Source of the DNA: the human T2T-CHM13v2.0 reference genome, Homo sapiens
DNA length: 64,000 nucleotides
Assembly (NCBI RefSeq): GCF_009914755.1
Contig: NC_060928.1
Reading direction: 5' to 3' (one strand)
A model generated the notes under the pieces. The model did not search any database, had not been told where the DNA came from, and was given only the letters and a program-made list of their open reading frames with translations. Positions 1 through 15,418 of this stretch are shown piece after piece; the first letter of the stretch is position 1; every line of letters begins with the position of its first letter. A program made the position numbers and the translations under genes.

Positions 1-340
1 TTTCTTTTCCTTTTTTACATTTATTGGTAGAATTTAAAATCAAGTTAAGTTTCCTGGAGTTCTTACTCCATAGTATTCTTGGGCAGTGCAGAAACAAAGA
101 GAATGAATTTTTATGGCCTTAATTTTATTTATTTTACTTTTTAGTGTTAATAAGAGAAATGAGTAAATCTACAAAGGCAAACTCAAATTACCAATGAACC
201 AGAAACCTGGGAATATTTCCTTGTTATGGGAAATCCTAAGTGTTTCAGAAACATTGTTAATAATATTCTAAAATCTCCTTTTGCCATCTCTCTTCAATTA
301 AGAATTTGATTGTGTGACTCAGGCCCACACTACATAACAG

Positions 341-389
341 GCCAAGTTGCTTAAACTCTACCCACTCATGTGGTTGCCATTCCCTCTCA
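341..389 (+). repeat. 49-bp dispersed module, copy 1 (others at 1063-1111 direct and ~3051-3099 inverted)
   Basis: gccaagttgcttaaactctacccactcatgtggttgccattccctctca matches 1063-1111 at 46/49 positions. Confidence 0.9.
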
Positions 390-944
390 GTCACAGTCAT
401 TTGCACACCAGAGGTATAGGTTTTTGCCTATAGTTCTGGGTGAGATGTTCATTATTCTTATCAGATATCCAGATAATTAGGAAAGAAGAAAAGTAGTCAT
501 CACCAATACACTATTCCTGAGCTACAACAATTTCAAGTTTCTCTTAAATCAAAAAGCAACTTGCTGTGCACATAGTAGTCAATGTGGATGACTTTGTCTA
601 GGGAACTGCTGCAGGTAGATAGGATTTGAATGACAGGTTGCCTTAATATTTTGATTAGAGGTTTGGGACATGGTGTAGTTGGAGTGGAACATGCATGGCA
701 CTTCCAGAGATGAAAGTAATAGATGTTTATGGCATTATTCACCAGGAAGAAAGTGAAGGAAAGCATTCTGCTCCAGAGACAAAGATAATCGGAAATCATG
801 TATCCTCAGAAACAGATATGCATGTGCACAGCTGCCTACTCCACCAAAAAGAAATATAGAATGCTCACTTACTTTTCCTTCTCCTCCTCCACTAACAGCA
901 GAGAAGCCCTTGTTGACCACGGAGCTATGAGTTCTTAGCAGTGC

Positions 945-1412
945 AGGTGCAGAACCCTTGGGGCATATGAAACTTACTTAAGCAGTGAAGTAACTTCCTG
1001 CAGGTCAACTTAGGAAATCTCACAAGGCAAGGGTCTAGGCTGGTGACAAAAGCTAGGGTTAAGCCAAGTTGCTTAAACTGTATCCACTCATGTGGTTGCT
1101 ATTCCCTCTCAATTTTATAATGTTTGGGTGCTAGATAGACAGAGGAAGCCTAAGTATATTAAAACATATGTAGTGTTAACAATCAAAATTTCAAAGAAAA
1201 GACCCACATTTATGACATTTTTGGTCATTATTATACATGTGACAGTTATGATGATATTTTCTGCCAGTTATTCTACTTAGTATTACTTTGATATAGCCAG
1301 ACCAGTTTTAAGTTCTCCATTCTTTTTGTTCGTTTTTCCAGCATCCATAAATACCATTAAGACAAGTTGTCAGGACTCCTGAAGGGGGCCTCTTAAATAA
1401 AACCCTCTGTCC
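945..1412 (+). repeat. Left arm of long imperfect inverted repeat
   Basis: Colinear reverse-complement match to 2738-3216 (e.g. catatgaaacttacttaagcagt vs actgcttaagtaagtttcatatg; agaccagttttaagttctccattctttttgttc vs gaacaaaaagaatggagaacttaaaactggtct). Confidence 0.93.
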
Positions 1413-1924
1413 TCCCTGGAGGAAAGAAAGGAAAGAGGAGCCCTAAAAGAGAGGAGGCCTTTTGGAGCCAGTGACTGAGAACACATGCCTGAAAACAGTA
1501 GATCAATAAGCTATGCAACTCACTGTTTACCCACCTGACTCTCTCTGCTTCAGGGCTCCCACCCAAAGGTAAATCAAGCCTCTTCCAAGTCCACATCCTA
1601 CTATGTGCAGAAAAGCTAGAAAACTTAATGCTGCAGCCTTCTAGCTTGTAACTTCCCTCTAAGTTATGGGGGTTAGGAGGACAGATGCCTATATTAAAGA
1701 TGTAAGTGGCTTTTCTCTTACCTTTCTCTCCCTTTTCAGAGAGCTCAATACCCAACTACGCTATTCACCATTCCTCTTCTAGGAAAGAAAGACTGATGTG
1801 GCCTTGCTCACTTTTCAGGACATGATAGATGCATTTCACCTGTTTCAGACCCGTCTTCAATATTGCCAAAACCACAGAATTAACTACTTGGGGTTATCAG
1901 CTTCTTTCAGTCTCAGCCCTTGTA

Positions 1925-2105
1925 TAGGCTTTTGGAGTGAAAGAACACAGGTTTGAATCCTGTTTTCACTACTTACTATCCTTTAACCGTGGATGAATTA
2001 CCCTCTCTAAAAGACAGTTTTGGTTTCTATAAATGAGAATAAATCCTACTCTTAAGGCTTGTTATGAATTAATTGGGATGATGTATATAAAATGACTGGC
2101 ATACG
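1925..2105 (+). mobile_element. MIR SINE fragment in the inverted-repeat spacer
   Basis: ggtttgaatcctgttttcactacttacta...ctataaatgagaata...gttatgaattaa resembles the MIR core. Confidence 0.6.
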
Positions 2106-2737
2106 ACAAGCTACAATCCCAATGAATAGGATTGAGATTTAATACAATTAAATAATTTAAAATAAATACAGAAGAGAACCTCAAAAAGCCTGAGCTCAGT
2201 GACCAGCTTTACTGCATGTGGAGGAGGAACAAGGGTAGAAGAGGGGATAATAGTGGACAGAGGAGGTCCACAGTTATTTTGAATCCAAGATCGTGTCTTT
2301 GGATGATAGTGTGGCTGAGTCCGTATATAAACAGAGGATTAAACTGTATAAAATATCAAAAGAACTGTTTATGCATTAAAGAGAACACTTCTCTGCTTTT
2401 GATGAAGCTTTCCACATGGAGGGAGCTCATTTAATGTAACACCCATGATCTATGGGAGTGACTTGCCTAAGCGAAAAATTTAAAGGAATAAACTGGACAC
2501 GCTCAGCTCTTCTCTTTTACCTCCTGGTTCTTTTGTATTCCTCCAAGAGCAAACCTGCCATCTGTCACCCCAACCCACAGAGAATAGGCCTTGGTCCAGC
2601 ACAGCCCATGACTAGGTAGGAACATCTGATGAAACGCATACTCCAAGTGAGCCTTTAGGAGTAATAAAGTTGGCATTTTGAATTCTGATCTGCTTTACTT
2701 TCTTGCTTTAATTCTTACCTTCCTTAGCACTCAGGTT

Positions 2738-3216
2738 GGACAGAGGGTTTTCTTTGACAGACCCCCTTTAGGGATTCTGACAATTTGTCTTAACGTGTTT
2801 TATGGATGCTGGAAAATGAACAAAAAGAATGGAGAACTTAAAACTGGTCTGACTGTATCAAAGTACTACTAATTAGAATAACAGGCAGAAAATATCACCA
2901 CGACTACTGTCACATGTGTAATAATGACCAAAAATGTCGTAAATATGGGTCCTCCTAGTTTTCTTTGAAATTTTATTTGATTATAATACTAAATGTGTTT
3001 TAATATACTTAGGCTTCCGCTGTCCATCTAGCACTCAAACATTACAAAATTGAAAGGGAATGGCAACCACATGAAGGGATACAGTTTAAGCAACTTGGCT
3101 TAACCCTAGCTTTTGCCCCAGCCTAGACCCTTGTCCTTCAGGATTTCCTAAGATGACCTGCAGGAAATCACTTTACTGCTTAAGTAAGTTTCATATGCAC
3201 CTAGGGATCTGCACCT
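2738..3216 (-). repeat. Right arm of long imperfect inverted repeat
   Basis: Reverse complement of 945-1412, roughly 80-85% identity by eye with small indels. Confidence 0.93.
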
Positions 3217-4340
3217 TCTACCCTAGGGACGTAGTTATTTAGAGAGAAAGCAGTTAGAATGTGAAGTTCATCAACAGTAGAAACTCTCAGGATGACCCAG
3301 ATGGCCAACTTCTATGATAGAAAATAGGATTTTAATTGACAGATTCGATCCCAGGTTCCTCCCTAGGGCTTCCCAATAGAGGTCATGAACTGTGATGCAA
3401 CTGCATGGTTTTAAACCACTTTCAATTAAGTTCACACAAGACCCCCGTGGAATGCATTTCAAGCGGCAACAACATTCTATATCCCAATATCAGTTGTTCC
3501 GTCCCATCTCCCAGCTCTCCTATGTTTACAACTTTAATACAAGAAGCTTAAGTTGTATCATTCTCTGCTACTGATTATGCACCTTTCTTCCAGACTACTT
3601 GCATCCTTTCCAAAATGCATCAGCTCTGTCCCCCAACATTGATCCCTCTGATACAAGTGGGTGAGTTCTTTCTGCTCAGGTACCGACACAAAGACTTCAC
3701 TTTCTTGATCCAATTACAGTCAGACTGAGAATCTGACAAGGATTTATCCTTGAAATCAACCAAGAATCCTAGCAGTTCAGGGGCTCTATTTGGTAGTAAG
3801 ATCTTTAAACTTGGCGGCTGTTTTGTTATTCAGTTCTGAATCCCCAGCGCTCAGCAGAACAGCTTGCATGAGTAGGTCTTTAATAAATCCTTGCAAATGA
3901 ATAAATGAAGTACTTGACACTTTAAAAGCAAATCTCTGCATTGAAACCCTTAGGAAATGCTCCATAAATTAAAAAGATGATGAGCCAGAAGGATGATTAA
4001 AGGAACCTGCTTAAAAAGGTGTAAGAGACTCTGACTCCACTCAGCCAGATTTCATTGCCTAGAAGTTTCCTCTTTTATACCCCCAGACGGGCTGAGCTGT
4101 TTACATTTTTACTGGGTTTGACTGCTCAGAATAAACCTCTCCCCTCATGCAGCTTGAGTATTTTGGCCAGCCTACATTTTCTACATTTTATTTGGTAACT
4201 TCACTTTAGGGAAAAGCTGAACACACACACACAGAGCCAAAGGTGAACTCTAATTGGGTTAAGTTGATCAACAACCACTTTCCCTTGGCCACTGTGATTG
4301 GTCCAGGGATGACTCAAGGGTCTGAGACTCAATCTAATGA

Positions 4341-4674
<334 letters not shown>

Positions 4675-5519
4675 TGCTTCTTGGTTTCTAAGAAAGTTAG
4701 TTCTTTACTCTTTTGTGACTACCACTGAGAGTTTTTCTCTCTCCTCCTGCAGGACAGAAGCAAGAAAGCAAAGAGCCCTAGAAACTGCTAGCAGCTGTCT
4801 TGTGATAAGAGAGGCCAGCCTTAGACTAAAGCAGACATACTGAAAACAGAGAAGAGAAAGGTAGAGACAAAAGGATGGCATTGGTGAACTGCTGGCCCCA
4901 AGCCTGACCTACCTCCGTGACTTCTCAGTTACAAGAGCTGATAAACATCTTATTGCTTTAGCCTATTTGAGCCCAGTTTTCTGTTACTTGCACATGACTA
5001 AAGCCAAATTCACTGAATTGATCAAGGCAGCTCTAAATAAGTTGCCATGTCTTTGCTGCGTTGAGAAGATTTAAACACAGCAAAGTTAAGTGACCTGCTA
5101 GGGGACTTTTGGTGTGGCAAAAGGAATGTGAGAATGCAAAAGCCTTACCACTTCCCAGTCTCTGCCCTCACCTCTGGCCACTTCAGCCTCCTAGGATTCA
5201 TTCAGTCATTCACCTGCATTCATTGCATGCTAATAATGTTCAAGCCACTGCCTCCCTACTCTCTAGAAGCCTGTAAATAACTATAAAATGTTTATAAGCA
5301 GATTTAGAAGTATTTAAAAATCAAGTGATTATGTTAAAGTATTAGTATGGTAGATTCCCCTGTAAGATTTCCTTTAATTGTAAGCCATATTGTTTTCTAC
5401 AATTACAACTTTGACTTAAAAGAAGTTTAAAATCAACTAGAGATGTATTACTAGTAAGAGTCATACTGTGAATACAAACAACATAATATCTATGAAATCT
5501 TATGGAGCACAGAGCCCCA

Positions 5520-5740
5520 TGTTCAATATTTATTGGACATCTACCCTATGTCATGTACTGGCATATGATGAGCACTTTACATACAGTATCTCAACCTCCA
5601 CCACAAATTATTATTTCCATATTACAGATATGGATGCCAAGATGCAGAGAATATCATTGACTTGCCCCAAATCATACAGTGAGAAAGCAGGGGGTTAGGA
5701 TTTGAACTCAGGCAGTCTGACTTCAGTGAGCCTGTTGCCA
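5520..5740 (-). mobile_element. MIR SINE
   Basis: attacagatatggatgccaagatgcagaga...ggatttgaactcaggcagtctgacttcag. Confidence 0.65.
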
Positions 5741-5771
5741 CTGTATAATTCTGCTAAAAGACTTCACAGAG

Positions 5772-6607
<836 letters not shown>

Positions 6608-6638
6608 CAGAGAATGCATACATTTTCATGTCATGTAG

Positions 6639-7235
6639 TATAGGGGGAGAAAAATAATTTTCCTCTACCTATCTTTAGTTTCACTGGTGGGACAGACCTC
6701 ATAACAAAAGGCAGACTAACAAGAGAATAACAAGCAGTTTATTAACATGCATATTTCATACAGCTACATGGGAGACACTCAGGGAATGAGTAATTCTCTA
6801 AGAGGACGTTTTGAATTCCAGCTTATATAGCATCTTCAAAAAAGAACAGTAAATTTTTAGATAAGTGTCAGGACAAAGGAAAAGAACTTTTGAGTCTCTA
6901 GGGACAGCAAATTGTGGTAAGGCAAATAAATGGTAAAGACTAGTTAGTAAAGTGTGTTATGTAGATAACTGGTGTCCTCTCCAGGCTGATAAGGGTCTAG
7001 AGTTGTCTTCAGTGGTTAACCTTTGTTCTCCCTGGTAAGGAAGGGAGGCCAGACACCTTTGCCTTTGTAAACATATGCCCTGCAGTAAACATATGTATGA
7101 GGGCAAAAAACGGGGAGGGATGGGGGAAGAGCAGAGAGTCTTTCCTATGACTGAATCCTTCCATTTGCCCTCAGCTCAAAATGAGTTTTATGTCTAAGAG
7201 GCATCTTTTGGAGTAACATATTCTGGCTTCCTTCA
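6639..7235 (-). mobile_element. ERV1 solo LTR, MER34/MER39 family
   Basis: Minus strand starts TGAAGGAAGCCAGAATATGTTACTCCAAAA; 4-bp TSD GTAG at 6635-6638 and 7236-7239. Confidence 0.75.
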
Positions 7236-10036
7236 GTAGATGAAAGACTAATAAAAAGGGTTATCCCCAATACCATCTTAATAAGTGATAATAAAATTTA
7301 ATTAACCCTGTAAGGAAAAAAAGTATTTGGGCCTTGGAGACACCAGAGTTTGGTTCATACCAGTAAATTAGCTAAGCTTTCTGCGTTTCCTCATGTAAAT
7401 TGGATATAGAGCTATAGAAGGACTAAAAGAGAGTTTTAGGAAGAAGCAAACACAATTCTGAGCACTCACCTGAGAGTCTCCTGACCCTTTCTTCTCATCA
7501 GTTCCCAAGAGAACACTGAGAAAAACCAAGCTCATCTTTGGAAAAGCTGTAATTTGTGAATATTAAAGATGTCAAATAATTTAAACATCATCGATATAAT
7601 TTGCTAATTGGAAATGGTATCCCATTTAATAAAGGGATATCCACATACCCTAAACTTTAGGGCAAGAAATTTCCCATCCTAGGGGTCATTCTAGAGTTTT
7701 GTATGCTCTCTCTCTCTCTTTCTGCAGAGATCAAGTTAAAGTATAATAGTAATCAAATAAAAAGAAGGCTATAAAGAGATTGATTTATGCTCATTTTGCT
7801 GAGCAAATAACTAGCACTGCATTTGTTACATACACTACTTGTCAAGAGGAATATATATTTTTAAAACAGCTTTCACTGGGGGCTTCGATTCAGATCTGCA
7901 TATCAAGGTTTTACCCTTTCCCCCAGTGACCTATTTGTCTGAGGGAGGCATTCAATTAGACTGCCGGCACAAATTGATTCAGTATTGACCAGGAAAGCCT
8001 TCTCACTTGAAAGACATATCACGCAGAGGTGGAGGTGTCACTGCTACAAGTCAATACTACAAGGGCAAAGGCCCAGATGGTTCAGGAATATGAAATGAGG
8101 AAGGGTCCTCCCCCGGCATTTGGGACAGAAAAGCCTCTGCTTCCTCTTACAGAATAGAAGCATGAGAAAGAGAAGCTCATTATGTTTTAGTAAAGGCAGG
8201 AAACTGATTCCCATTCTCTGCTAGTAGTAAATGGGAATAAGGGAATAAGGCAAAGGTTTCTTTGCCTCAAGAAGCATCACTGGAATCTGAGGTTCCAGTA
8301 ATCTCATCTCTCAAGGTCACTGCTCTTTAGGGAAACACCCCCGCTTTTTCCAAATACCCTTGCCCCACGGGCCCTTTCTTGCTGCCCTGATTCTCCTCCC
8401 CCTCTAGATCCCAACCATAAAGCCCAGGTCTGACAAATTTATCAGAACTCTTTTAACACCGTCCACACATTATGTTTATCTTTATAAACAAAAGATACTC
8501 AGTTATTTTAGACAAGAAACTGAATCTTCTGACATCTAGAGCATCAAAAAGCACTGTACACCCAGTGAGATCAAAATAAGTGCTAATCAATGATAAGTAT
8601 GCTTTATTTAATGTAAAACTGCTACTGGGATTAAAGGGCAGGAAGGATGCAGGCTTGTGGTATCCAATGCTGGCTTTTAATGTGTTATTTCTCAAATGAT
8701 GGCTTTGATTTGTTGAAATGTTTTAGAGCCCTGAACATCTGACAGAATAAATTAAACCCTTCCTAACGGCCTTCCCTTGATTATCCCAAGTACCCACTAT
8801 AGATAAGATTGTATTTTACATCCAGCTTGAAAAATCATAAAATTGTCTCCATTAAAATAATTAGGACTCCTTACTTTCATTTTAAGATTTGGCCTCTACA
8901 TATTTACAGCACTCATTTTTATTTACATTTTCACATCATTAGAACAGGGCAATCATTTTTATTGTGTGGCACACATATGATTTAAGATACGTAGTTTCCA
9001 AATGTCACTGGTGAAAGCTGAAATCCATTATCATTTACCCACAGAAATGAAGTCCATCATGCTGTGCACTTGCAGAAAAGAATAAAGAGGTTTAAACCAG
9101 AATCTGCATAATCCCAGGTAGAGGCAGCAGCAGCAGTGGGGGTGGGGTGGGGTGGGGAGAAGCATCATTTCTGATATGCAAACCATGGAAAAGAATGGCA
9201 TGTATTACAAATCAGGCCATCTGAATGCAGAGGACCCAAGAATATGCTCAAATAAGTACACATATTGTAATGAATCAATTAGAAGCATTGATGATCATTT
9301 GCTAAGATGTTTGATAAAAGTTCCTCAGATATATATGCACAGTTTTGCAGTTAACAAAATACAGCTGCAGTTTCTTATTTTCACTTGAATGAAATGTCAG
9401 ATAAAATGAAAAGCTCTGCCTTTGACTCTATCCAGAAAGATCATCTTCAGAGACCACTCCTTTCACTCATTATTTCCTTCCAAATAAGTTTCTAATATTA
9501 TTGATATATACATGAAAAAGTATTTCAAGTATTAAGCAAAAGAGGGAAAACAAGGCCAATAAAGAAATAGGTGTGCACATGCCCAGGTGAGGAGGAGAGT
9601 GACCTGTGTATCTCAGAACCCTGCTCAAACAAACAAAACAGAAGCAGAAATGTTTCTCAAAGAATTCATGTCTTCTAACTATAACTCATTTTGCAATCAT
9701 CATTTTAACCCAGTAAACAGGTAAACACCCACTAAAATGATAAATATGAAGATTATGTAAAAAAATAAAATATGGAAAAGAGTCTATAAAATGCAAATTA
9801 AAAAATGGAATGTATTTATACTATTATTGCAACTATGAGAAATTATTTATACCAATAGAAAAAGTTCACAAAAACTATATTATACACAAATATGATGACA
9901 GTAGTTATTTTGGGGGCAGAGTGAGTTAAGGGCAAATTTTTTTCTTTTTCTTTCCCTGTTATTTCTAATATTTTACAATAAGCATATATTGCTTCTTAAT
10001 TTAAATTTAAATTGTGTTTTTTTATTTTAAAGATCC

Positions 10037-10826
<790 letters not shown>

Positions 10827-11124
10827 CTCTAAACTGGGTCCCAAACTTTTTTGGTAAAGAAAACTATTTTCTCAAAACACTGAATTCACAAAGCCAGGAG
10901 AAAAGACTGCCAATAGGGGCTTAGTATAATATAGCTGCAAACCAGTACTTGCTGAATTTTTTAAATTATGAATTTTTAAAATTAAATTCACAAAGGCCAT
11001 ACCTGTTTAGGAGAACTTAAGAAGAAAAAGAAAGAACAAGAGAACCCAAGAAGGAAAGTGTCAGATACAGCTGTGGCCGCTGAGCTTTCCTGGATATTTA
11101 CTGACAGCACCATGATGAAAACTA

Positions 11125-11364
<240 letters not shown>

Positions 11365-13975
11365 CTACATTAGTGAACCTTGTTGAGTCCAAATCACTTT
11401 GGAAAACTTTTAAGTAATCAGAAGAAGGGACTCATCCTTTGCATTAATACAGCATCCTTCAGCATTGGTCTACACCAGATTAAGGTAGCTTCTTTCCTCC
11501 CAATAAAATGTTCAGACTCAGGTAGATGACACCTGAGAGCCTGAGAGGTGGGAAGTAATAATGGAGGCTTTACCAACATCTGAATAAATTTGAGTGAATG
11601 TGCTACTCACAAAACTGAAAAATTAATAGCAATTAGTTTAGACCAGGCACTGCAGGATACTATGTTCAACTTCTGTCAGTGTTCATATCCTTTTTCACTA
11701 TCTCCTTGATAACAAAGACAAGAATATCTCTTCAACAGAGACAGTCAGTTGTGCCAAAATTAGGGAAGATTTCTCACCTGTCTCTTAGGGAAACAATCAT
11801 GGTAAAAGACAGTACTTCTGATGTCTAGAAAAAAACTATAGAGTTCTTCTTTCAGTATCTAGACACACATTAGCCAAATGGCCAGAAAGAATAAGAAACA
11901 CTGAAATGAACGATAATGATACGTAAACAAGATGTCAAAAAGCACAGAAATCTGATAACCAAACTCAATCCTGTCTGCCTACAGCATAGATTGAACAAAA
12001 TGTCTGAACGTGTAATGCTGACATACATTCTAAGAATGGGCTAAGCAGGGCCTACTGACACTTTTCAATGGCTAATTTGCAGAACTGTAAAAATCCTTTG
12101 GAGGGAGATAAAAATATGTAGCTTTTTATTTATTAAAATAAAACCAAAGGACAATCAATATATTAGACAATATTCCCGACTTTTCAATATAGTTGTGGTA
12201 CAGACAGTAGGGCTCACCAAACATTCCGACTGCTCCCCAACGTAAGAAAAAAGCTGCCCCATCACTGGGTCACTATTTGAAGAACAGTATCCCCACTCAC
12301 AGCAACTTGTGTGTTGTTAAGCAACTTCTGTTATGTCAAAACACTAACATTTAGGTATTTTGGGTTCCCACAAAATGACCTAGCGTAGCTGAACTAAAAC
12401 AATAGTCGACAACTTTTCTTTGCCTTAATATGACAAAAAAAATTGATAATTGAAAAATAAATAATGCTAATCTTTTACGCACATGAGGAGAAGCAAAGAG
12501 GTATCCTAAATATTTAGGATTGTAGTTAGCATTATATCCATTGATATTAATTGGTGTTCAAGGCAAAAAAGGGCTCCACAGTTGAGTAGGTTTGGGAAAC
12601 AGAGATATTATACCCCTTCCTAAAGATTTGTAACGTAAAGTCATATGTTCAAGGCTCTGAGACATTCTATACCAAAGAAATAAGTATAAACTGTTCAATC
12701 CAGCATTTTTCAAGCAAATCATCAACACTTCCATGAAAAGAGCTTGGGAAATGCTGCATTCTATTTTCCCCACCCAAAAAGAACTGATTGCACACTAATA
12801 AAATCTGCATCCAGCTACTATGAAAATTTATTTACATTCCCTAAGCAATTATTACCTGGTGAGAGGGGAAGGGTGATATTGACAGGAGTGATAGTCAAGA
12901 TATTTAACAACAATATATCCTAGACATTGACCAATCAAAATGGACTCTCAGCCCTGCAGACCTCCTGTTGTGTCAGGCTTCCATTCTTTAGTTGCTGGAT
13001 TGTAGAGGGCCAGAGTGCTGAGGGCAGTGGAATGGGTAGGTGTTCAGAGCAGTGGTTATACACCAACTGATGTAGTTTATGTCTATGTCCAATATTAATT
13101 AAATATCAACTCTGCCTATGAGTAAGTGATAGGTAACTGTCATCTACTTTGAGATTATTATTTGACTATTTCTTCATTTGCCTAAAAGGCTTAAGTCTTG
13201 TTTGGTATTTTATTTCTTAAGACTTATTTTATAGTGGGTAGTCAACAAACTTAAGCATTATTGAAATCCAAAAAATGTTTATAGTTATCTACTATGTGAC
13301 TGGCACTATGGTAGGTGTGTTCATAAAATTAAACAAAAAAACATGTTTTTCTATACTTCAGAGCATATTGAGATATTTAATACATACCTGTAGACTGAAA
13401 TATTGACAATACAATAGTCTAACTATACCTTTCCTTGTACAGAAGACCATTTGACTTTGTTGAAAGAGTATCTGAAAATAAATCTCATTTTACTGAAAAA
13501 AGAAGTTTATTGAAAGGATATTGTTAAGGATTACTTATCAAAACAGAAATATGCCAGAGGATTTGTTAGTAATTGATGTGCCTCATCACCTGGTGTCACA
13601 TTATTGAACTATAAGAGGCATTTTTAAATGTGGGAGAATGTTCTATAACATTATAATGTGAGTTTGGAATGGAATGTAGAGGGAGTCAATTGAACTAATC
13701 TTCTACATCCTTTCTTTCACAACCAAAAATTCGCATCTGTCTACTTACAAATATTTTAAACCCTGTGTTGTCAGTGTTTACTTCTATATCCTTCAAAAGG
13801 AAGGTAGAGATTTGAGGCATTAGTCCAGAGAAAGACAAGCCCTGCATTTTTGCAAACAGGAATTTATTCATGCTACTTCTTTACCTCATTTACATCTCCT
13901 TAAATTCTAATCAGATTTTTATTTGTCACTCAAATGGCTTTGACAAACAAAAGAAATATCCAGTCTTAATGTCTG

Positions 13976-14537
13976 AATAGTTCCATCACTATTTATTAAT
14001 TCTGAATTTGTTGGAAGTTTTATTCTACTGGGGTTGGTGTTAAATATTCCAATTTATAACTCCTTGGTCCAAAATACAAGGCCAGACCATGCTATGATAA
14101 AAGATGATGAAAAAGTTCTTAAATCAGTTCATGTGGGATAAGCTAGTCAGATATGTTGTTTTGCCGTGATCTGTAATTTCTTTCTGTTTAAATTACAACT
14201 CACTTAGAGTTCGGAAAGCACTTTCAGACTACGCAGAATTAGATTTAAAATTCTAACTCGGGGGCACAGCCCTGATGTAATTAGCAGTTAAAATCAATAT
14301 GGACCCCTATTGTTAGGTGAATACTGAGATAATTCTCAGCTTTAATGCAATATGGGGGGTGAGGTAGTTTTCACTTATGTAATTTATTCTCTATTGTGAA
14401 TTATTTTCCTTCGTTGGATTTATTTAATATAGTACTGCTTTACAACCTTTAAAAAGTGCCAAGGAAACATAATGTATCTATTTACATAATAGATCAATAG
14501 TTCCATCATCATTTATTAATTCTAAGTTTGTTGGGAG
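13976..14537 (+). repeat. 42-bp direct repeat pair (13976-14017 and 14496-14537)
   Basis: aatagttccatcactatttattaattctgaatttgttggaag vs aatagttccatcatcatttattaattctaagtttgttgggag, 37/42 identical. Confidence 0.85.
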
Positions 14538-15088
14538 GGACTGTGATGTTAAGGTGAATTGAATTTCTTATTGACTGAAAGGAAATGAGAAGATAATTGG
14601 CTAAGAAAGATCTTGAAAAACTTTCTAAAATGTATGCATTTACTTCCTGTTAAACATGATGCGTCGAACACCTTCTGACACTCCACTTTTGGGAAAGACC
14701 AACCAAAAAAATTAGGAGAAGACAGAAACAAAATATTCGAGGAGGGAAAGGAGACAACAGACAGACAGGTGATCCTGATTGAGCAGACCTAAGAAAGTTT
14801 AACCCTAAGCCAGCAGTGAAAGAAACCAGTTGATTATGTCTTCAGAATCATGAAAATGGTCAGTAATTAGAGTTACTCTGTACCTCTACACACTAGAAAA
14901 TCATACAGTAGAAAATTGTGCAGGGCTGAAAACAGGAAGATTGACTGGGCATCTGTATAAAAAGCTCTTTGACCTCTAAACATCCTTCCCAAACTCCAGA
15001 AGACTAGATTCACTAAATCTAGTGAATAGGAGGCATTGTGGGCTGGGGACACCAGGGATAGAGAAAGTAAGGAATATCTGAACTAATA

Positions 15089-15418
15089 CAGTAGTCTCCT
15101 CTTATCAGAAGTTTCACTTTCTGTGGTTTCAGTTACCTGCGGTCAACCAGGTCCAAAAATAAGTGAGTAAGATACAATAAGATATTCTGAGATAAAAAGA
15201 CAGTGAGACCACACTTACATAACTTTTATTAGAGTATGTTTTAATTGTTCAATTTTATTATTAGTTCTTACTGGTAATCTCTTACTGTGTATTAAACTTT
15301 AACACGGGTATGCATGTAGAGGAAAAAACAGTATATATGGGGTTCGGCATGATCCACAGTTGCAGGCATCCACTGGGGGTCTTAGAATATATCTCCCATG
15401 GATACAGAGAGACTACTA
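15089..15418 (+). mobile_element. MER44 (Tigger-derived) DNA transposon
   Basis: Terminal inverted repeats cagtagtctcctcttatc ... gatacagagagactacta with TA flanks; ttcagttacctgcggtcaacc core. Confidence 0.8.

Noticed and set aside
945-3216. Inverted repeat as the terminal inverted repeats of a DNA transposon
   Set aside because: No clear TSD, fuzzy arm ends, no transposase remnant in the spacer and no match to TIRs I recognise; kept as a local inverted duplication.
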